Shown here in pieces: positions 34,792-43,149 of a DNA stretch of 44,483 bases. Position numbers and translations under genes: made by a program. This stretch comes from a virus: the IMG/VR virus record IMGVR_UViG_3300029375_000005; one strand, 5' to 3'. Within the stretch, counting starts at the first letter, position 1. Each line of letters opens with the position of its first letter. The notes under the pieces were generated by a model that searched no databases, had not been told where the DNA came from, and saw only the letters and a program-made list of their open reading frames with translations.

Positions 34792-35364
34792 CTATTTGAG
34801 GTTCAACATCTCATTCAGCGCATCCTTGTACGCTTGCTCCTCGTCGCTGAGACGTGTTTTTATATCAATAATGTTCTTATTTTCTTGATAGAATTTCTTC
34901 TCCCATTTATCGAGTTTTTCACCCTTTGCTTTTTTTGACCGGATTCCAACTACGGTATTAAAAAGGCACTCGCCAGACTCCATGAAATATCCAAGAAACG
35001 TCCACCAGTGCATATAAGGCACTGCTCTGATTTCTTTGCCCGCAACCTTGTTTACAGCCGGAACAATCATGTCTCCGTCCTGTTCCCAGTCCATCAAACG
35101 GGGTTTCGGCTTGTTCGGACTATCGTCAACTTGACCGCAGTCAATAAACTCGCAAGCTTTCTGGCAAGCTTCTGTAAGATGTCCCGGGGGTATACTCCGC
35201 CAGTCCTCAAATAGAATCTGTAGCATAACAACTGCTTTAGCCTGCTCATCCAGTTCTGGGTCATTCATGGCTATGAGAATATCAATAATTACTCGAAAAT
35301 CCGTCCTGATAGAAAAATCCACCCCACTGATATTTAGTGAGGTGGGCAACTCATAGGCGGTCAT
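34792..35364 (-). CDS. Tail assembly protein (phage Gp15-like)
   Basis: N-terminus LPTSLNISGVDFSIRTDFRVIIDILIAMNDPELD resembles the Gp15 family. Lies upstream of the TMP. Confidence 0.65.
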   Translation of the reverse strand: MTAYELPTSLNISGVDFSIRTDFRVIIDILIAMNDPELDEQAKAVVMLQILFEDWRSIPPGHLTEACQKACEFIDCGQVDDSPNKPKPRLMDWEQDGDMIVPAVNKVAGKEIRAVPYMHWWTFLGYFMESGECLFNTVVGIRSKKAKGEKLDKWEKKFYQENKNIIDIKTRLSDEEQAYKDALNEMLNLK

Positions 35365-35795
35365 TTTGTATACTTCTCCGTATATTTATTGACTACTTCC
35401 TGCATTTTTTTCTTCCTCTTTTCAATTTCTGGAGCAAGTGCTTCATTGATTTTGTCCAGAACGATATAGGCAAACACCTGACCATTTCCAAAAACAGTCG
35501 TTGCGGTAATTGGTTCTTTAAATAAATTTTTAGATGCTTCATATCCGAGCATATAATTGATTTTGTCCTCGATCTGCTTATTAATCTCCGCCATCTCTTT
35601 ACTGGAAGAAACATTTTTAACAGATTCCTGAGCCTGTTCAAAGAAAGTTTCCAATTCTTCCGCTCTTGCTGCAACGTTAATGTCGGTAGGATTTAACTTA
35701 AATGAAGAGAATACTTCGCCCTGTTTGTTTGTAAATGTGAAAAGAAGAAATCCGTCGTCAATATTTGTGTTGATTGTTTTTGCCATTTTCTGCAC
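35361..35795 (-). CDS. Tail assembly chaperone
   Basis: 144 aa, acidic, between the major tail protein and the Gp15-like gene. ATGA overlap. No slippery heptamer seen. Confidence 0.6.
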   Translation of the reverse strand: MQKMAKTINTNIDDGFLLFTFTNKQGEVFSSFKLNPTDINVAARAEELETFFEQAQESVKNVSSSKEMAEINKQIEDKINYMLGYEASKNLFKEPITATTVFGNGQVFAYIVLDKINEALAPEIEKRKKKMQEVVNKYTEKYTK

Positions 35796-35806
35796 CCTCC
35801 TAAAAA

Positions 35807-36307
35807 TTATTCGCTGTCAGCTGTGAATGTACCGGAACTGATATCGAACTTTCCTTTTACACGTTCGCCGGTATAATTGACGGTAAATGGAATCTGATAT
35901 CCAGATGTATCGCCACCATAGGAGGTCGGCACAACGTAGCAATCCTGCTGATATGCTTCATACTTGCCCGCTGTGGCTTCTGTCCAGAGATGAACCTCAA
36001 CTGCTTTTGTCTTGAGGTTGTCGTCTTTGAGGCGTCCATCTACAATCTTCTGTAACGCCGTAAACAGATCAGAAGTAGTGTCTGCATAGAACGGATCAGC
36101 ATCAGAAGAAACTTCATAGCCATTATGTTTAAATGTGGATTCTCCGAGAATGTTTTTAGATGTTTCGGTGTCTGGATTGAGTTCTACATTATACTCTTCC
36201 AGATCTTTTCCAAGGCGTTCATATTTCGGTGTCAGTCCTCCACAGAGGGAACCTGCGTCGATATAATGAGCCATATATTTACGGTCAATCTTGCCTGTAA
36301 CTGCCAT
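35807..36307 (-). CDS. Major tail protein
   Basis: 166 aa. KYMAHYIDAG....YERLGKDLEEYNVELNPD pattern typical of siphovirus major tail proteins. Confidence 0.8.
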   Translation of the reverse strand: MAVTGKIDRKYMAHYIDAGSLCGGLTPKYERLGKDLEEYNVELNPDTETSKNILGESTFKHNGYEVSSDADPFYADTTSDLFTALQKIVDGRLKDDNLKTKAVEVHLWTEATAGKYEAYQQDCYVVPTSYGGDTSGYQIPFTVNYTGERVKGKFDISSGTFTADSE

Positions 36308-36388
36308 AGAAATGTCCTTTCTGCCTATAACTTTTAAAAGGCTGTGTAGGTTAGCGACTATCTCTAATTGATAGCCGGTTGTTACTTG

Positions 36389-36898
36389 TTATATTACTTC
36401 ATAAGTGTTTTCGTAGCGTACTGACAATGGCAATAACCAATCCTGTACGCCACTCTCCTGTGGCTCTAAACCATAGGAGTTATCGCGAGTAATGCGCTTT
36501 ATCACTCGTCCCTGTGAAAGTTCAGGAAACGCATTTAAGCGTGTCTCAGAGCCGTTTATGACAACTGGTTCTCGACATATCCATTTACCGAGATTATCAA
36601 GGAACTTCTGAACAGATAACTTCTGCCTTTCCTTGTCGGATGCTGTTCGGTATACCACGTAAAATGGGTACTGGCATACCTGGTGCATTACGCCACAAAC
36701 ATCTTCTTTTTCTGAATAAATCAAAGCTCCATTATCTGCCGAGAACGCAATTCCTGATTCCTTGCCAAGTTCTTCAAACTTGATTGTTTCATTTTCATAC
36801 AGTCCCGGATACTGGTTCAGAAGTGCTTTCATGGCATCTGTCAGAATTTCGTATCCGGTTGCGTCTTTTCCGATAGGTTTATCTGCTATGCCTGCCAC
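36389..36898 (-). CDS. Tail-completion / minor capsid family protein (169 aa)
   Basis: Called from its position in the head-tail joining block. Confidence 0.55.
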   Translation of the reverse strand: MAGIADKPIGKDATGYEILTDAMKALLNQYPGLYENETIKFEELGKESGIAFSADNGALIYSEKEDVCGVMHQVCQYPFYVVYRTASDKERQKLSVQKFLDNLGKWICREPVVINGSETRLNAFPELSQGRVIKRITRDNSYGLEPQESGVQDWLLPLSVRYENTYEVI

Positions 36899-37370
36899 CT
36901 CCTGCCTGTGCTTTTACTTTGCGAACCCATGTGTCACCATATTGCCGTTTAGCGGCATCAAACCACTTTGCCTGTGCCCGTGGGTGAGCCTGTTTGGTGT
37001 ATTCAAGATTTTCCTTTGCGGCTGTCCGACCAGAAAACTGACTAACGAGAACTTTCTTTGCTCCACGTCTTGCGTAGGGACTTCCAGTTGCTTCATCAAC
37101 CATTCCTTTCCCCTCGTACAGAAAACGTCCATAAGGAGCCGCCGCCGCGCATACTTTCCCAGTTCCTTGTAAGGATGTACTCTCAACTCTTGTTCGGTTG
37201 ATAAAGTCCCCTGTAATCATCGGCATAAACGGCACCATACTGTCCATAACCATTCCATCAAGGAGATACTGGGCTTCTTGGTACTGTCTGGAGAACCTGT
37301 CCATATTTAACTTGATTTTCATATCTCCATCGACTACGGAGAATCCTTTAAAATGATGAATCTTACTCAT
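36879..37370 (-). CDS. Minor capsid / HK97 gp10-like head-tail joining protein (163 aa)
   Basis: PYGRFLYEGKGMVD ... FDAAKRQYGDTW resembles the minor-capsid/gp10 family. Confidence 0.65.
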   Translation of the reverse strand: MSKIHHFKGFSVVDGDMKIKLNMDRFSRQYQEAQYLLDGMVMDSMVPFMPMITGDFINRTRVESTSLQGTGKVCAAAAPYGRFLYEGKGMVDEATGSPYARRGAKKVLVSQFSGRTAAKENLEYTKQAHPRAQAKWFDAAKRQYGDTWVRKVKAQAGGGRHSR

Positions 37371-37371
37371 A

Positions 37372-37833
37372 TCACTTACCTAGAATCTCAAAGTGTGGAA
37401 TCAGTGTATATGGACCGCCTACACTGGTAATCTTAAACACATTATCCTTGTTCTCGTTCATGTACTGGTAGAATCCATTCCGATAATCACCATCAGATAC
37501 CGTTCCACCAGTCCACTCACCCTCCCAGAAGAATGACTCGTCCGAGAATGTGATAGTGTCTTCCAGAGCGTTGTTAATCTGCTGTTTCCACTCTTTAGGC
37601 GGCACCCATGGAAGAATCTTGCCGTCTTTATCAGTAATTGTTATATCGCCGTTCTGGACAGTGTATCGAACGTGTAATTGTGCGTTGTCAGTTGCGTCTG
37701 GTCCGTATTTTTTAAGGATTGCTCCCTTGTCCGTAATGAGGTCAACGCCGGATAAAACATGAGGATACCAGTACACATCTCCTGTCGTGGCTGATTCGTA
37801 ATAATTAAAAACCGTCACCGTTTTTTCGTACAT
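37372..37833 (-). CDS. Putative head-closure protein (153 aa)
   Basis: Called from its position. Begins KTVTVFNYY, typical of small beta-barrel head-closure proteins. Confidence 0.55.
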   Translation of the reverse strand: MYEKTVTVFNYYESATTGDVYWYPHVLSGVDLITDKGAILKKYGPDATDNAQLHVRYTVQNGDITITDKDGKILPWVPPKEWKQQINNALEDTITFSDESFFWEGEWTGGTVSDGDYRNGFYQYMNENKDNVFKITSVGGPYTLIPHFEILGK

Positions 37834-37842
37834 GATACCCTC

Positions 37843-38484
37843 CTATCCTTCGCATATTGCTTTTGAAAATCTATCAGAGAATGATTTTATTCGGACAATA
37901 TTACCTTTGCACTCTTCCGGCACTTTCCCGTAAAAGATAATGCTTTCTGGGTGCAACTTCTCAATCATGGCGTTGTAACCAGAAAGAAACAGTTCTTTCT
38001 TTTTCTTTCCGTTCATACAACCAACAGAAGATACTGCAACTGTTCCACCCTCTGGCTCCCCATCGAAACACCAATCGTAAGAATCCGGTGTACTCCATGA
38101 TATTGTTGGAATCACACGGCAACCATATTCTTGCAGATATGCACCTATCCAGTGTTTGCGGTAATGGTTGTATATCTGGATGGCTTTAGGGAAATCGGTA
38201 TAGGTGCTGAAATCCGGTGTTAGAATGTACCGGAATTTGCTCAACTTGTCCACGTATCTATCTGGATTTCTCCATAGTGCATCAAATTGGTAATCATCTA
38301 AGAAGAAATGAACAACTTTCTCTTCTGGATTATTGCATTTTCCTCTGGCATAATTAAAACCGACAAATTCGCAGTTACCCTCGAATGTCTCAGGTTTTAT
38401 CTGTGGTATACCGTATTCGCCGACACCGGGGAATATACGGCGGTTTAGATTTTCGTAAGCTATACTCGTCTCTCGGTTTGCCAT
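37843..38484 (-). CDS. DUF4417-like protein (213 aa)
   Basis: VHFFLDDYQFDALWRNPDRYVDKLSKFRYILTPDFSTYTDFPKAIQIYNHYRKHWIGAYLQ matches my recollection of the DUF4417 core. Confidence 0.7.
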   Translation of the reverse strand: MANRETSIAYENLNRRIFPGVGEYGIPQIKPETFEGNCEFVGFNYARGKCNNPEEKVVHFFLDDYQFDALWRNPDRYVDKLSKFRYILTPDFSTYTDFPKAIQIYNHYRKHWIGAYLQEYGCRVIPTISWSTPDSYDWCFDGEPEGGTVAVSSVGCMNGKKKKELFLSGYNAMIEKLHPESIIFYGKVPEECKGNIVRIKSFSDRFSKAICEG

Positions 38485-38487
38485 AGA

Positions 38488-38982
38488 TTACTTCTTTCCG
38501 CTTCCAAAGAACCATGAATCAAAGTTTTTCATTCTGCGCTTTCTAGCTCTGTCATAAGTGGTGGTAGTACGGCTTGTATCGTGCAAAGCACTTGTATCAC
38601 CTTTTTCAGATGCCTTTGAAAATTTGTGCATTTCATCTCTCATGGCTGTACTGGCATTGACTAATTTTCGATGTTCTATAGCAAGCCTTTGATTTTTAAA
38701 TAACGCCTCTGCACTTCCAAGTTTTGCGATTTTCTTTTTACTCTCGCTTAATCTGTCATTTATATAATTCATTGTCTTTACTGCTTCACTCTTTGTCTTG
38801 ATTGACTTAAAGTAGCTAGTGTTTTCCGAATTAATGACCTTCTCAAGTTTGCTGTCTTTTTTAACAGTTCCGCTTCCCCTTAAAGCATCACTTTTCTTTG
38901 AAGAATTAAAGTACACCTTCGCAATAAGCTTAGAAACCGGCTTCTCGTTACTTAACCCACTACTGCCACCACGTCCGCCCAT
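38488..38982 (-). CDS. Hypothetical basic K/S-rich protein starting MGGRGGSSG (164 aa)
   Basis: ORF track. Lys/Ser/Thr-rich, predicted to be largely helical or disordered. Confidence 0.55.
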   Translation of the reverse strand: MGGRGGSSGLSNEKPVSKLIAKVYFNSSKKSDALRGSGTVKKDSKLEKVINSENTSYFKSIKTKSEAVKTMNYINDRLSESKKKIAKLGSAEALFKNQRLAIEHRKLVNASTAMRDEMHKFSKASEKGDTSALHDTSRTTTTYDRARKRRMKNFDSWFFGSGKK

Positions 38983-38986
38983 AAAA

Positions 38987-39262
38987 TCACTCTTTCTGCA
39001 TTGCCTGCTTAATAACCTGATTCACGCCAGTTGCCGACAATCCGTTAAACATACCGACCGCAACCGCTGTGATATAATCCGTTGCCGGGAAGTCCGGGAT
39101 AACTCCCATCCCGACAGCTCCGAGAATGCCACCAATAACCGCCATGATTACCGGAATCCATTCATCAGAGATTCTTTTTGATGCTTTACAGCCCATTCCT
39201 ACGATATAGCATATCATAACGATTGCTATGCATGAACCTAGTGTTGAAATGTCCATAATCAT
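38987..39262 (-). CDS. Holin-like membrane protein (91 aa, 2-3 TM, charged C-terminus)
   Basis: TM1 LGSCIAIVMICYIVGMGC, TM2 WIPVIMAVIGGILGAVGMGVI, TM3 ITAVAVGMFNGLSATGV, tail NQVIKQAMQKE. Resembles Gram-positive phage holins of the IPVI..G..G...GvNQi.KQ type. Confidence 0.6.
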   Translation of the reverse strand: MIMDISTLGSCIAIVMICYIVGMGCKASKRISDEWIPVIMAVIGGILGAVGMGVIPDFPATDYITAVAVGMFNGLSATGVNQVIKQAMQKE

Positions 39263-39522
39263 ACCTCCAAATCAACTTTTTCCATAACTGCCCTTGCTTC
39301 CAGAACAGCAATATAATCCGTCATTGCTCTTACCTGCATATTGTAAGTGCTTCTCGGACAAGTAGGAGTAAATGAAAGTTCTCCTTTGTCCCATTTTTCA
39401 AGCATATTCGCAAGTTTCTTGTATCGAATAGCCACCTGCATATACTCTGCTTTAAAGCGTTCCTTGTAATCTGCGCTATTCATCATTTCAACGGTCTGTT
39501 TTAATTCCATCATTTCTATCAC
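39259..39522 (-). CDS. Small conserved helical phage protein (87 aa)
   Basis: KERFKAEYMQVAIRYKKL...TPTCPRSTYNMQVRAMTDYIAVLEARAVMEKVDL. This pattern is often annotated crAss001_48-related (from memory). Confidence 0.5.
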   Translation of the reverse strand: MIEMMELKQTVEMMNSADYKERFKAEYMQVAIRYKKLANMLEKWDKGELSFTPTCPRSTYNMQVRAMTDYIAVLEARAVMEKVDLEV

Positions 39523-40016
39523 ACTCCTGCATATAATACTGGTATTCCATCATCCGTCCTTACTCCCATTAGAAGCGGTAACGCTGTCTTAAGAAGTAAG
39601 TCATTCGTTTTCTGTACGTCCCCGGCGGTGGCATACACCGCACTCCATTCCTTTGCGCTTGCCCCAATTTGCTGAGGCGTTGCGTAAGAGATGGATTCGC
39701 TGCCAGATGATACAGATGTTACAATGCCTGTCGTGCTACCACCGGTCCCGATTGCAGTTGATGTACCGCTCGCAGCGGCATTGGTAGCATTCTTCTCGGC
39801 AAGCTCAATCTGATACATTAATTCAGCCAATGAACAGACTGCCTTTTTGATACGCTTCTGTGAGCGTTCGTTTGTTGGCAGTCCGTCCACCAACCTGTCA
39901 AATGTCATTGTATCCACAAAATCACTGGCTCTTTCTGCCAGTCGTGGAAAGTCGGTTTCTGGCACGACTGAACCGAAATATGAAGTTGTGTAAAATTCAT
40001 AATCTGCATAAGCCAT
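39519..40016 (-). CDS. Head-tail connector (gp6-like adaptor)
   Basis: MAYADYEFYTTSYFGSVVPETDFPRLAERASDFVD is the typical N-terminus of gp6-like connectors. Follows the MCP gene. Confidence 0.75.
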   Translation of the reverse strand: MAYADYEFYTTSYFGSVVPETDFPRLAERASDFVDTMTFDRLVDGLPTNERSQKRIKKAVCSLAELMYQIELAEKNATNAAASGTSTAIGTGGSTTGIVTSVSSGSESISYATPQQIGASAKEWSAVYATAGDVQKTNDLLLKTALPLLMGVRTDDGIPVLYAGV

Positions 40017-40037
40017 GCCAGTTACCTCCTACGTTTG

Positions 40038-41204
40038 TCATTTTGCTGTTACGCTTGCACTTCCGGCATTCAGCGCTTTGTATGTTCCATCACACTCAAC
40101 CACTGTAATCTTCTGCCCGGTTGCTGCCTTAATGTCGGCTTTTCCGTCCCATGTAGTCCAGTTTCTGAGATTCTGGCCATAAGTTACAGCTGTTTCAGAT
40201 GCACCAACTTTGTACTTGTACACATTGCCAGCGTTTTCTTTAGTCGGATTTACAGTGATTTTTGTATCACCAGTTGCTGTTCCTTCCGCAGATGTTACTG
40301 CCAGAGTGCCGAGCGTTGGTGTTTCGTCAATGGTAATTACTGCAATTGCATCAATGTACTCTGCAAAAAGAGTAAGTCCCATAACCGCAAACGCTTCGGA
40401 TACTGCTGTGTGGTAGTTGCCCTGTGTATGGAATCCGATCAGGTTTGTTTCGCCAGATACGGTATACACAAGACCTGCTCTCGCAAAGTCAGACTCGTTC
40501 GGGTCTACATAGTAAAGTACGATGTTCTCAACAGGGGTAGCAATAACCTGTCCTCTCGGAATCTCGCTGTCGGACAGTAAGAAGATTGTATTGAATCCCA
40601 TAAAGTCCTTCATGTACTGGAATCCGAACTGATTCTGAATAGTGATCTCAGCTGCTCCGAGATATTCATATACGTCCAGAATGTTGACAAATCCAACAAC
40701 GCCAGTCACATTTCTGTGCATCTGTTTAAATTTGTTTTCAACACGACCCTTAGCCATTGCCAGAGCCATCTGGAATGTTGTTTCTGTGGAAGTAAGTGTA
40801 CCGGTTTTCAGATAGTCATAGAATCTGCCGGTAACATCAGTCTGAAGCTGGAAAAGAAACTCGTCATCAGTCATCTGAACAGCGTTCTCATAACCGTGGT
40901 CCTTGATTGCTTCGATAGATACAGCCTTTGCGTACTTTTCGATAGTCATTTCCGCATAGGTCTTTTCTTTTACGGTAAACTTGCTGTAAGGGATTTCCTC
41001 ACCCTCACCAACTTTTCCACTCTGTAAAGTACCCTCTGCGTATTTGGACTTGAGTACAGCACCCGGCTGCTTTTTGATAGGTCTCATGATACCCAGAATA
41101 TCACGTAAGTGCTGCCAGTTTCTTTCGAATCTGGTAACAAAGTCAATCTCACGTGCCGTGACATGAATATCATTAGTCATAATAAGATTTGTTTTTGCTG
41201 GCAT
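40038..41204 (-). CDS. Major capsid protein with C-terminal Ig-like domain
   Basis: 388 aa after the scaffold gene. The C-terminal roughly 90 aa (LAVTSAEGTATGDTKITVNP...KITVVECDGTYKALNAGSASVTAK) looks like a Big_2-type Ig domain. Confidence 0.85.
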   Translation of the reverse strand: MPAKTNLIMTNDIHVTAREIDFVTRFERNWQHLRDILGIMRPIKKQPGAVLKSKYAEGTLQSGKVGEGEEIPYSKFTVKEKTYAEMTIEKYAKAVSIEAIKDHGYENAVQMTDDEFLFQLQTDVTGRFYDYLKTGTLTSTETTFQMALAMAKGRVENKFKQMHRNVTGVVGFVNILDVYEYLGAAEITIQNQFGFQYMKDFMGFNTIFLLSDSEIPRGQVIATPVENIVLYYVDPNESDFARAGLVYTVSGETNLIGFHTQGNYHTAVSEAFAVMGLTLFAEYIDAIAVITIDETPTLGTLAVTSAEGTATGDTKITVNPTKENAGNVYKYKVGASETAVTYGQNLRNWTTWDGKADIKAATGQKITVVECDGTYKALNAGSASVTAK

Positions 41205-41281
41205 AAAAAATCCTTTCTACCCATAATTGTTAAGGTATTGGGTTAGCGGCTATACCCTGATGTATAGTCGGTGTAAAAAAA

Positions 41282-41914
41282 TCACTGGAATAACTGGATA
41301 TTCTGAGCGATTGCAGCCTGTCTCTCGGACGGGTCTTTGATTGCTTCGATATCTTTTTTGGTCATACTTCCCGGTGTCTGCTGCTGTCCAACGTGAGTGG
41401 TAAATCTTGCCTGATTCTGCTGAGCCTGCTGCTGAGATTCATCCACAAAAGCGGATGCGTCAGACTGTTTCATCTGTTCGATCAGGTCGTTTAATCCAAG
41501 GATTTTGCCATCTTTCAGCTTCAATCCGGCTTCTTTGATGTCTGCCATAACAGACTTCTTTGCTGCTTCGCTGGAAAACTTAACATCATCGAGTGCCGCT
41601 TTCAGAGCATCTGAGAAATCTCTGTCGTAGATTTTTGCGTTGAACTCTTTTTCTGCGTCCTCGGCTTTTTTCTTCCATCCAGCAAGCTCTGTCTGAATGT
41701 TTTCCGGGTCGATACCGTCAAAACCTTTTAAGGTTTCTTCTGCTGTCTCAGCACGTTCTTTCCAGTTGTCACGTTCACCCTCGACTTTTAACAGAGTTTT
41801 CGCTACTTCCTTTGCATTCTTGTAATTCTCAGAGAGTGCTTTCTTTACATCTGCCTGTTTATCCTCCGGGATTTCAATTCCAAATGATTTTAAAGTGTCA
41901 ATAAGTTTCTGCAT
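41282..41914 (-). CDS. Scaffolding protein (GP20-like)
   Basis: 210 aa, helical, K/E-rich (FGIEIPEDKQADVKKAL...). Lies immediately upstream of the MCP gene. Confidence 0.85.
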   Translation of the reverse strand: MQKLIDTLKSFGIEIPEDKQADVKKALSENYKNAKEVAKTLLKVEGERDNWKERAETAEETLKGFDGIDPENIQTELAGWKKKAEDAEKEFNAKIYDRDFSDALKAALDDVKFSSEAAKKSVMADIKEAGLKLKDGKILGLNDLIEQMKQSDASAFVDESQQQAQQNQARFTTHVGQQQTPGSMTKKDIEAIKDPSERQAAIAQNIQLFQ

Positions 41915-41991
41915 AACATCCTCCTGGTCGTGTTTATTGACCTGCCGCCGCAGGTAAATGGATTAAGCCAGTTAGACCACTGGCAGGGTAA

Positions 41992-42063
41992 TCGGAAAGG
42001 CAGGAATCGAACCTACGGCACATAGCTTACAATGCCATTGCTCTACCACTGAGCTACATTCCA
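41992..42063 (-). tRNA. tRNA-Thr (anticodon UGU), acceptor stem imperfect
   Basis: Reverse complement: TGGAATG TA GCTC AGTGGTA GAGC A ATGGC ATTGTAA GCTAT GTGCC GTAGG TTCGATT CCTGC CTTTCCG A. D, anticodon and T arms are canonical. The acceptor has U1.G72 and a U6.U67 mismatch. No encoded CCA. Confidence 0.65.
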
Positions 42064-42194
42064 TGCCGCCTGTAACGGACAGTTAAAAAAAACTGAGTTG
42101 AGTTTCACCTTTTTCGCTATAGCGTAAACCCACCTGAGACATAGACCACCTGTATACAAACAGCTTAACTCTAAGCGGATTAAAGCAGAACGCC

Positions 42195-42263
42195 CGGAAT
42201 CGAACCGGAGACCAGAGCGCGACTCTGTCAGTTTTCCACTAGCGTACATTCCACATAACCCGG
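42195..42263 (-). ncRNA. Aberrant tRNA-like element (canonical T arm, non-canonical D/anticodon region)
   Basis: Reverse complement: TGGAATG TACGCTAGTGGAAAACTGA CAGAG-TCGCG-CTCTG GTC TCCGG TTCGATT CCGGG CGTTCTG C. The acceptor needs three G.U pairs. The 5' 9-mer TGGAATGTA is identical to that of tRNA-Thr. No D stem. The anticodon-position hairpin has a 5-nt (or open 7-nt GUCGCGC) loop. Confidence 0.4.
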
Positions 42264-42402
42264 ATTCCCGGGTTAGCAAGGTGTTTAACGTGTCATGCCT
42301 GCCACGAGTTGTTTCGGATATTTATTTCTTTTTTAAAAGAAAAGTATGAATAACAAAAACCTTAATCAAGGAGGTGAGCCATCTTGCGTGCCAGATGGCA
42401 AA

Positions 42403-42452
42403 TACGCACGACAGGATTCGAACCTGTTCAACTTTCCGTTAAAGCGTGCGTA
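42403..42452 (-). ncRNA. Truncated tRNA-like minihelix (8-bp acceptor-like stem, small hairpin, T arm)
   Basis: Reverse complement: TACGCACG CTTT-AACGG-AAAG TTGA ACAGG TTCGAAT CCTGT CGTGCGTA. No D arm and no 7-nt anticodon loop with U33. Followed by the hairpin GCCATCT-ggcacgca-AGATGGC. Confidence 0.4.
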
Positions 42453-42546
42453 CCAGCTACTAAATTAAAGAAAGGAGGATTAAAACGAAAATGTCAAAAA
42501 CAACCGTTTTACTTGTGCTTCCTGCTGCACAATTACATTATAACAG

Positions 42547-42555
42547 ATTTCTTTT
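42547..42555 (-). promoter_or_regulatory. Possible extended -10 (TGTTATAAT) upstream of the tRNA-like cluster
   Basis: The reverse complement of 42547-42555 reads TGTTATAAT. No good -35 element. Confidence 0.3.
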
Positions 42556-42583
42556 AACTACCTCTCTACCACTTTTTGTGTTT

Positions 42584-43138
42584 TTAGAGCATATCACGGA
42601 GTTTTTCTACGTATCTCTTGACAAGATCACGTTCTTCCCGGCACTCTGCATCCTTGGACATATCACTCATTTCTGTTGTAAGTTCGTCCAGATGTTCTTC
42701 CAGAGCGGCAAGCATCTTTCTTTTGCAGTCCTCAGACTTGCCGGAACGATAGCTCTGTTTCTGCGTCATGTAATCGTCATAAGCATCTCGTCCGTCAGAG
42801 CGGCTGTAATGTCCTCTAACATAATGCTCACCACGTCTGGCATAAGAACTGCCTCGGTCATAATCCGGCATCATTCTGCCGTCATTTGCGCTGTATCTCC
42901 CCATGCTGTCGCGCTTTCTTCCGCGTTCGCTGTAATCGTCATTGTATCCGCCACGCATCTCATCAAGGACAGTGTTATAGTACTCCACTTTCTTGTCCCA
43001 GTACTGCGTGTTCTTTATGTCTTTGTACATATCAATCAGTTTGTATGTCATTTCCAGATTTCCAGTGGTCAGTCCATTATCAGCGATTTTGGACAGTTCG
43101 TCTTCAATTCTTGCACATAAGTCTTTAATGTCTCTCAT
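42584..43138 (-). CDS. Hypothetical protein with helical ends and an R/G/Y/D-rich low-complexity centre (184 aa)
   Basis: SD GGAGGTG 6 nt upstream of the start. Centre reads RGGYNDDYSERGRKRDSMGRYSANDGRMMPDYDRGSSYARRGEHYVRGHYSRSDGRDAYDDY. Confidence 0.7.
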   Translation of the reverse strand: MRDIKDLCARIEDELSKIADNGLTTGNLEMTYKLIDMYKDIKNTQYWDKKVEYYNTVLDEMRGGYNDDYSERGRKRDSMGRYSANDGRMMPDYDRGSSYARRGEHYVRGHYSRSDGRDAYDDYMTQKQSYRSGKSEDCKRKMLAALEEHLDELTTEMSDMSKDAECREERDLVKRYVEKLRDML

Positions 43139-43149
43139 AATCGCACCTC

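Noticed and set aside
35393-35674. 93-aa alternative-frame minus ORF inside the tail chaperone gene (also 2821..3141, 5852..6070, 10546..10749, 23964..24311, 27054..27341, 28122..28313, 36914..37186)
   Set aside because: These are same-strand, out-of-frame ORFs nested in larger, better-supported genes. They have basic low-complexity translations and no SD.
34792-35795. Programmed -1 frameshift between the two tail chaperone ORFs
   Set aside because: The two ORFs are joined by a simple ATGA overlap with an independent start. I saw no slippery heptamer, and the second ORF resembles a stand-alone Gp15-like protein.
42195-42263. Idea that the aberrant tRNA-like element is a class II (long variable arm) or amber/opal/ochre suppressor tRNA
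   Set aside because: If CAGAG-TCGCG-CTCTG is treated as a variable arm, the upstream 17 nt do not form an anticodon arm with U33. The only CTA triplet is preceded by G and lies in an unpaired context. No UCA or UUA anticodon can be placed either.
42043-42279. 78-aa minus-strand ORF in the ORF track
   Set aside because: It overlaps tRNA-Thr and the second tRNA-like element, has no SD and has an implausible composition. The region is better explained as RNA genes.
42385-42470. Plus-strand SD (AAGGAGGTGA) followed by a TTG-initiated 57-codon ORF across the third tRNA-like element
   Set aside because: It lies opposite to all surrounding transcription, has a non-ATG start, and overlaps a structured RNA element. 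The SD-like string is the complement of sequence that follows a minus-strand hairpin.
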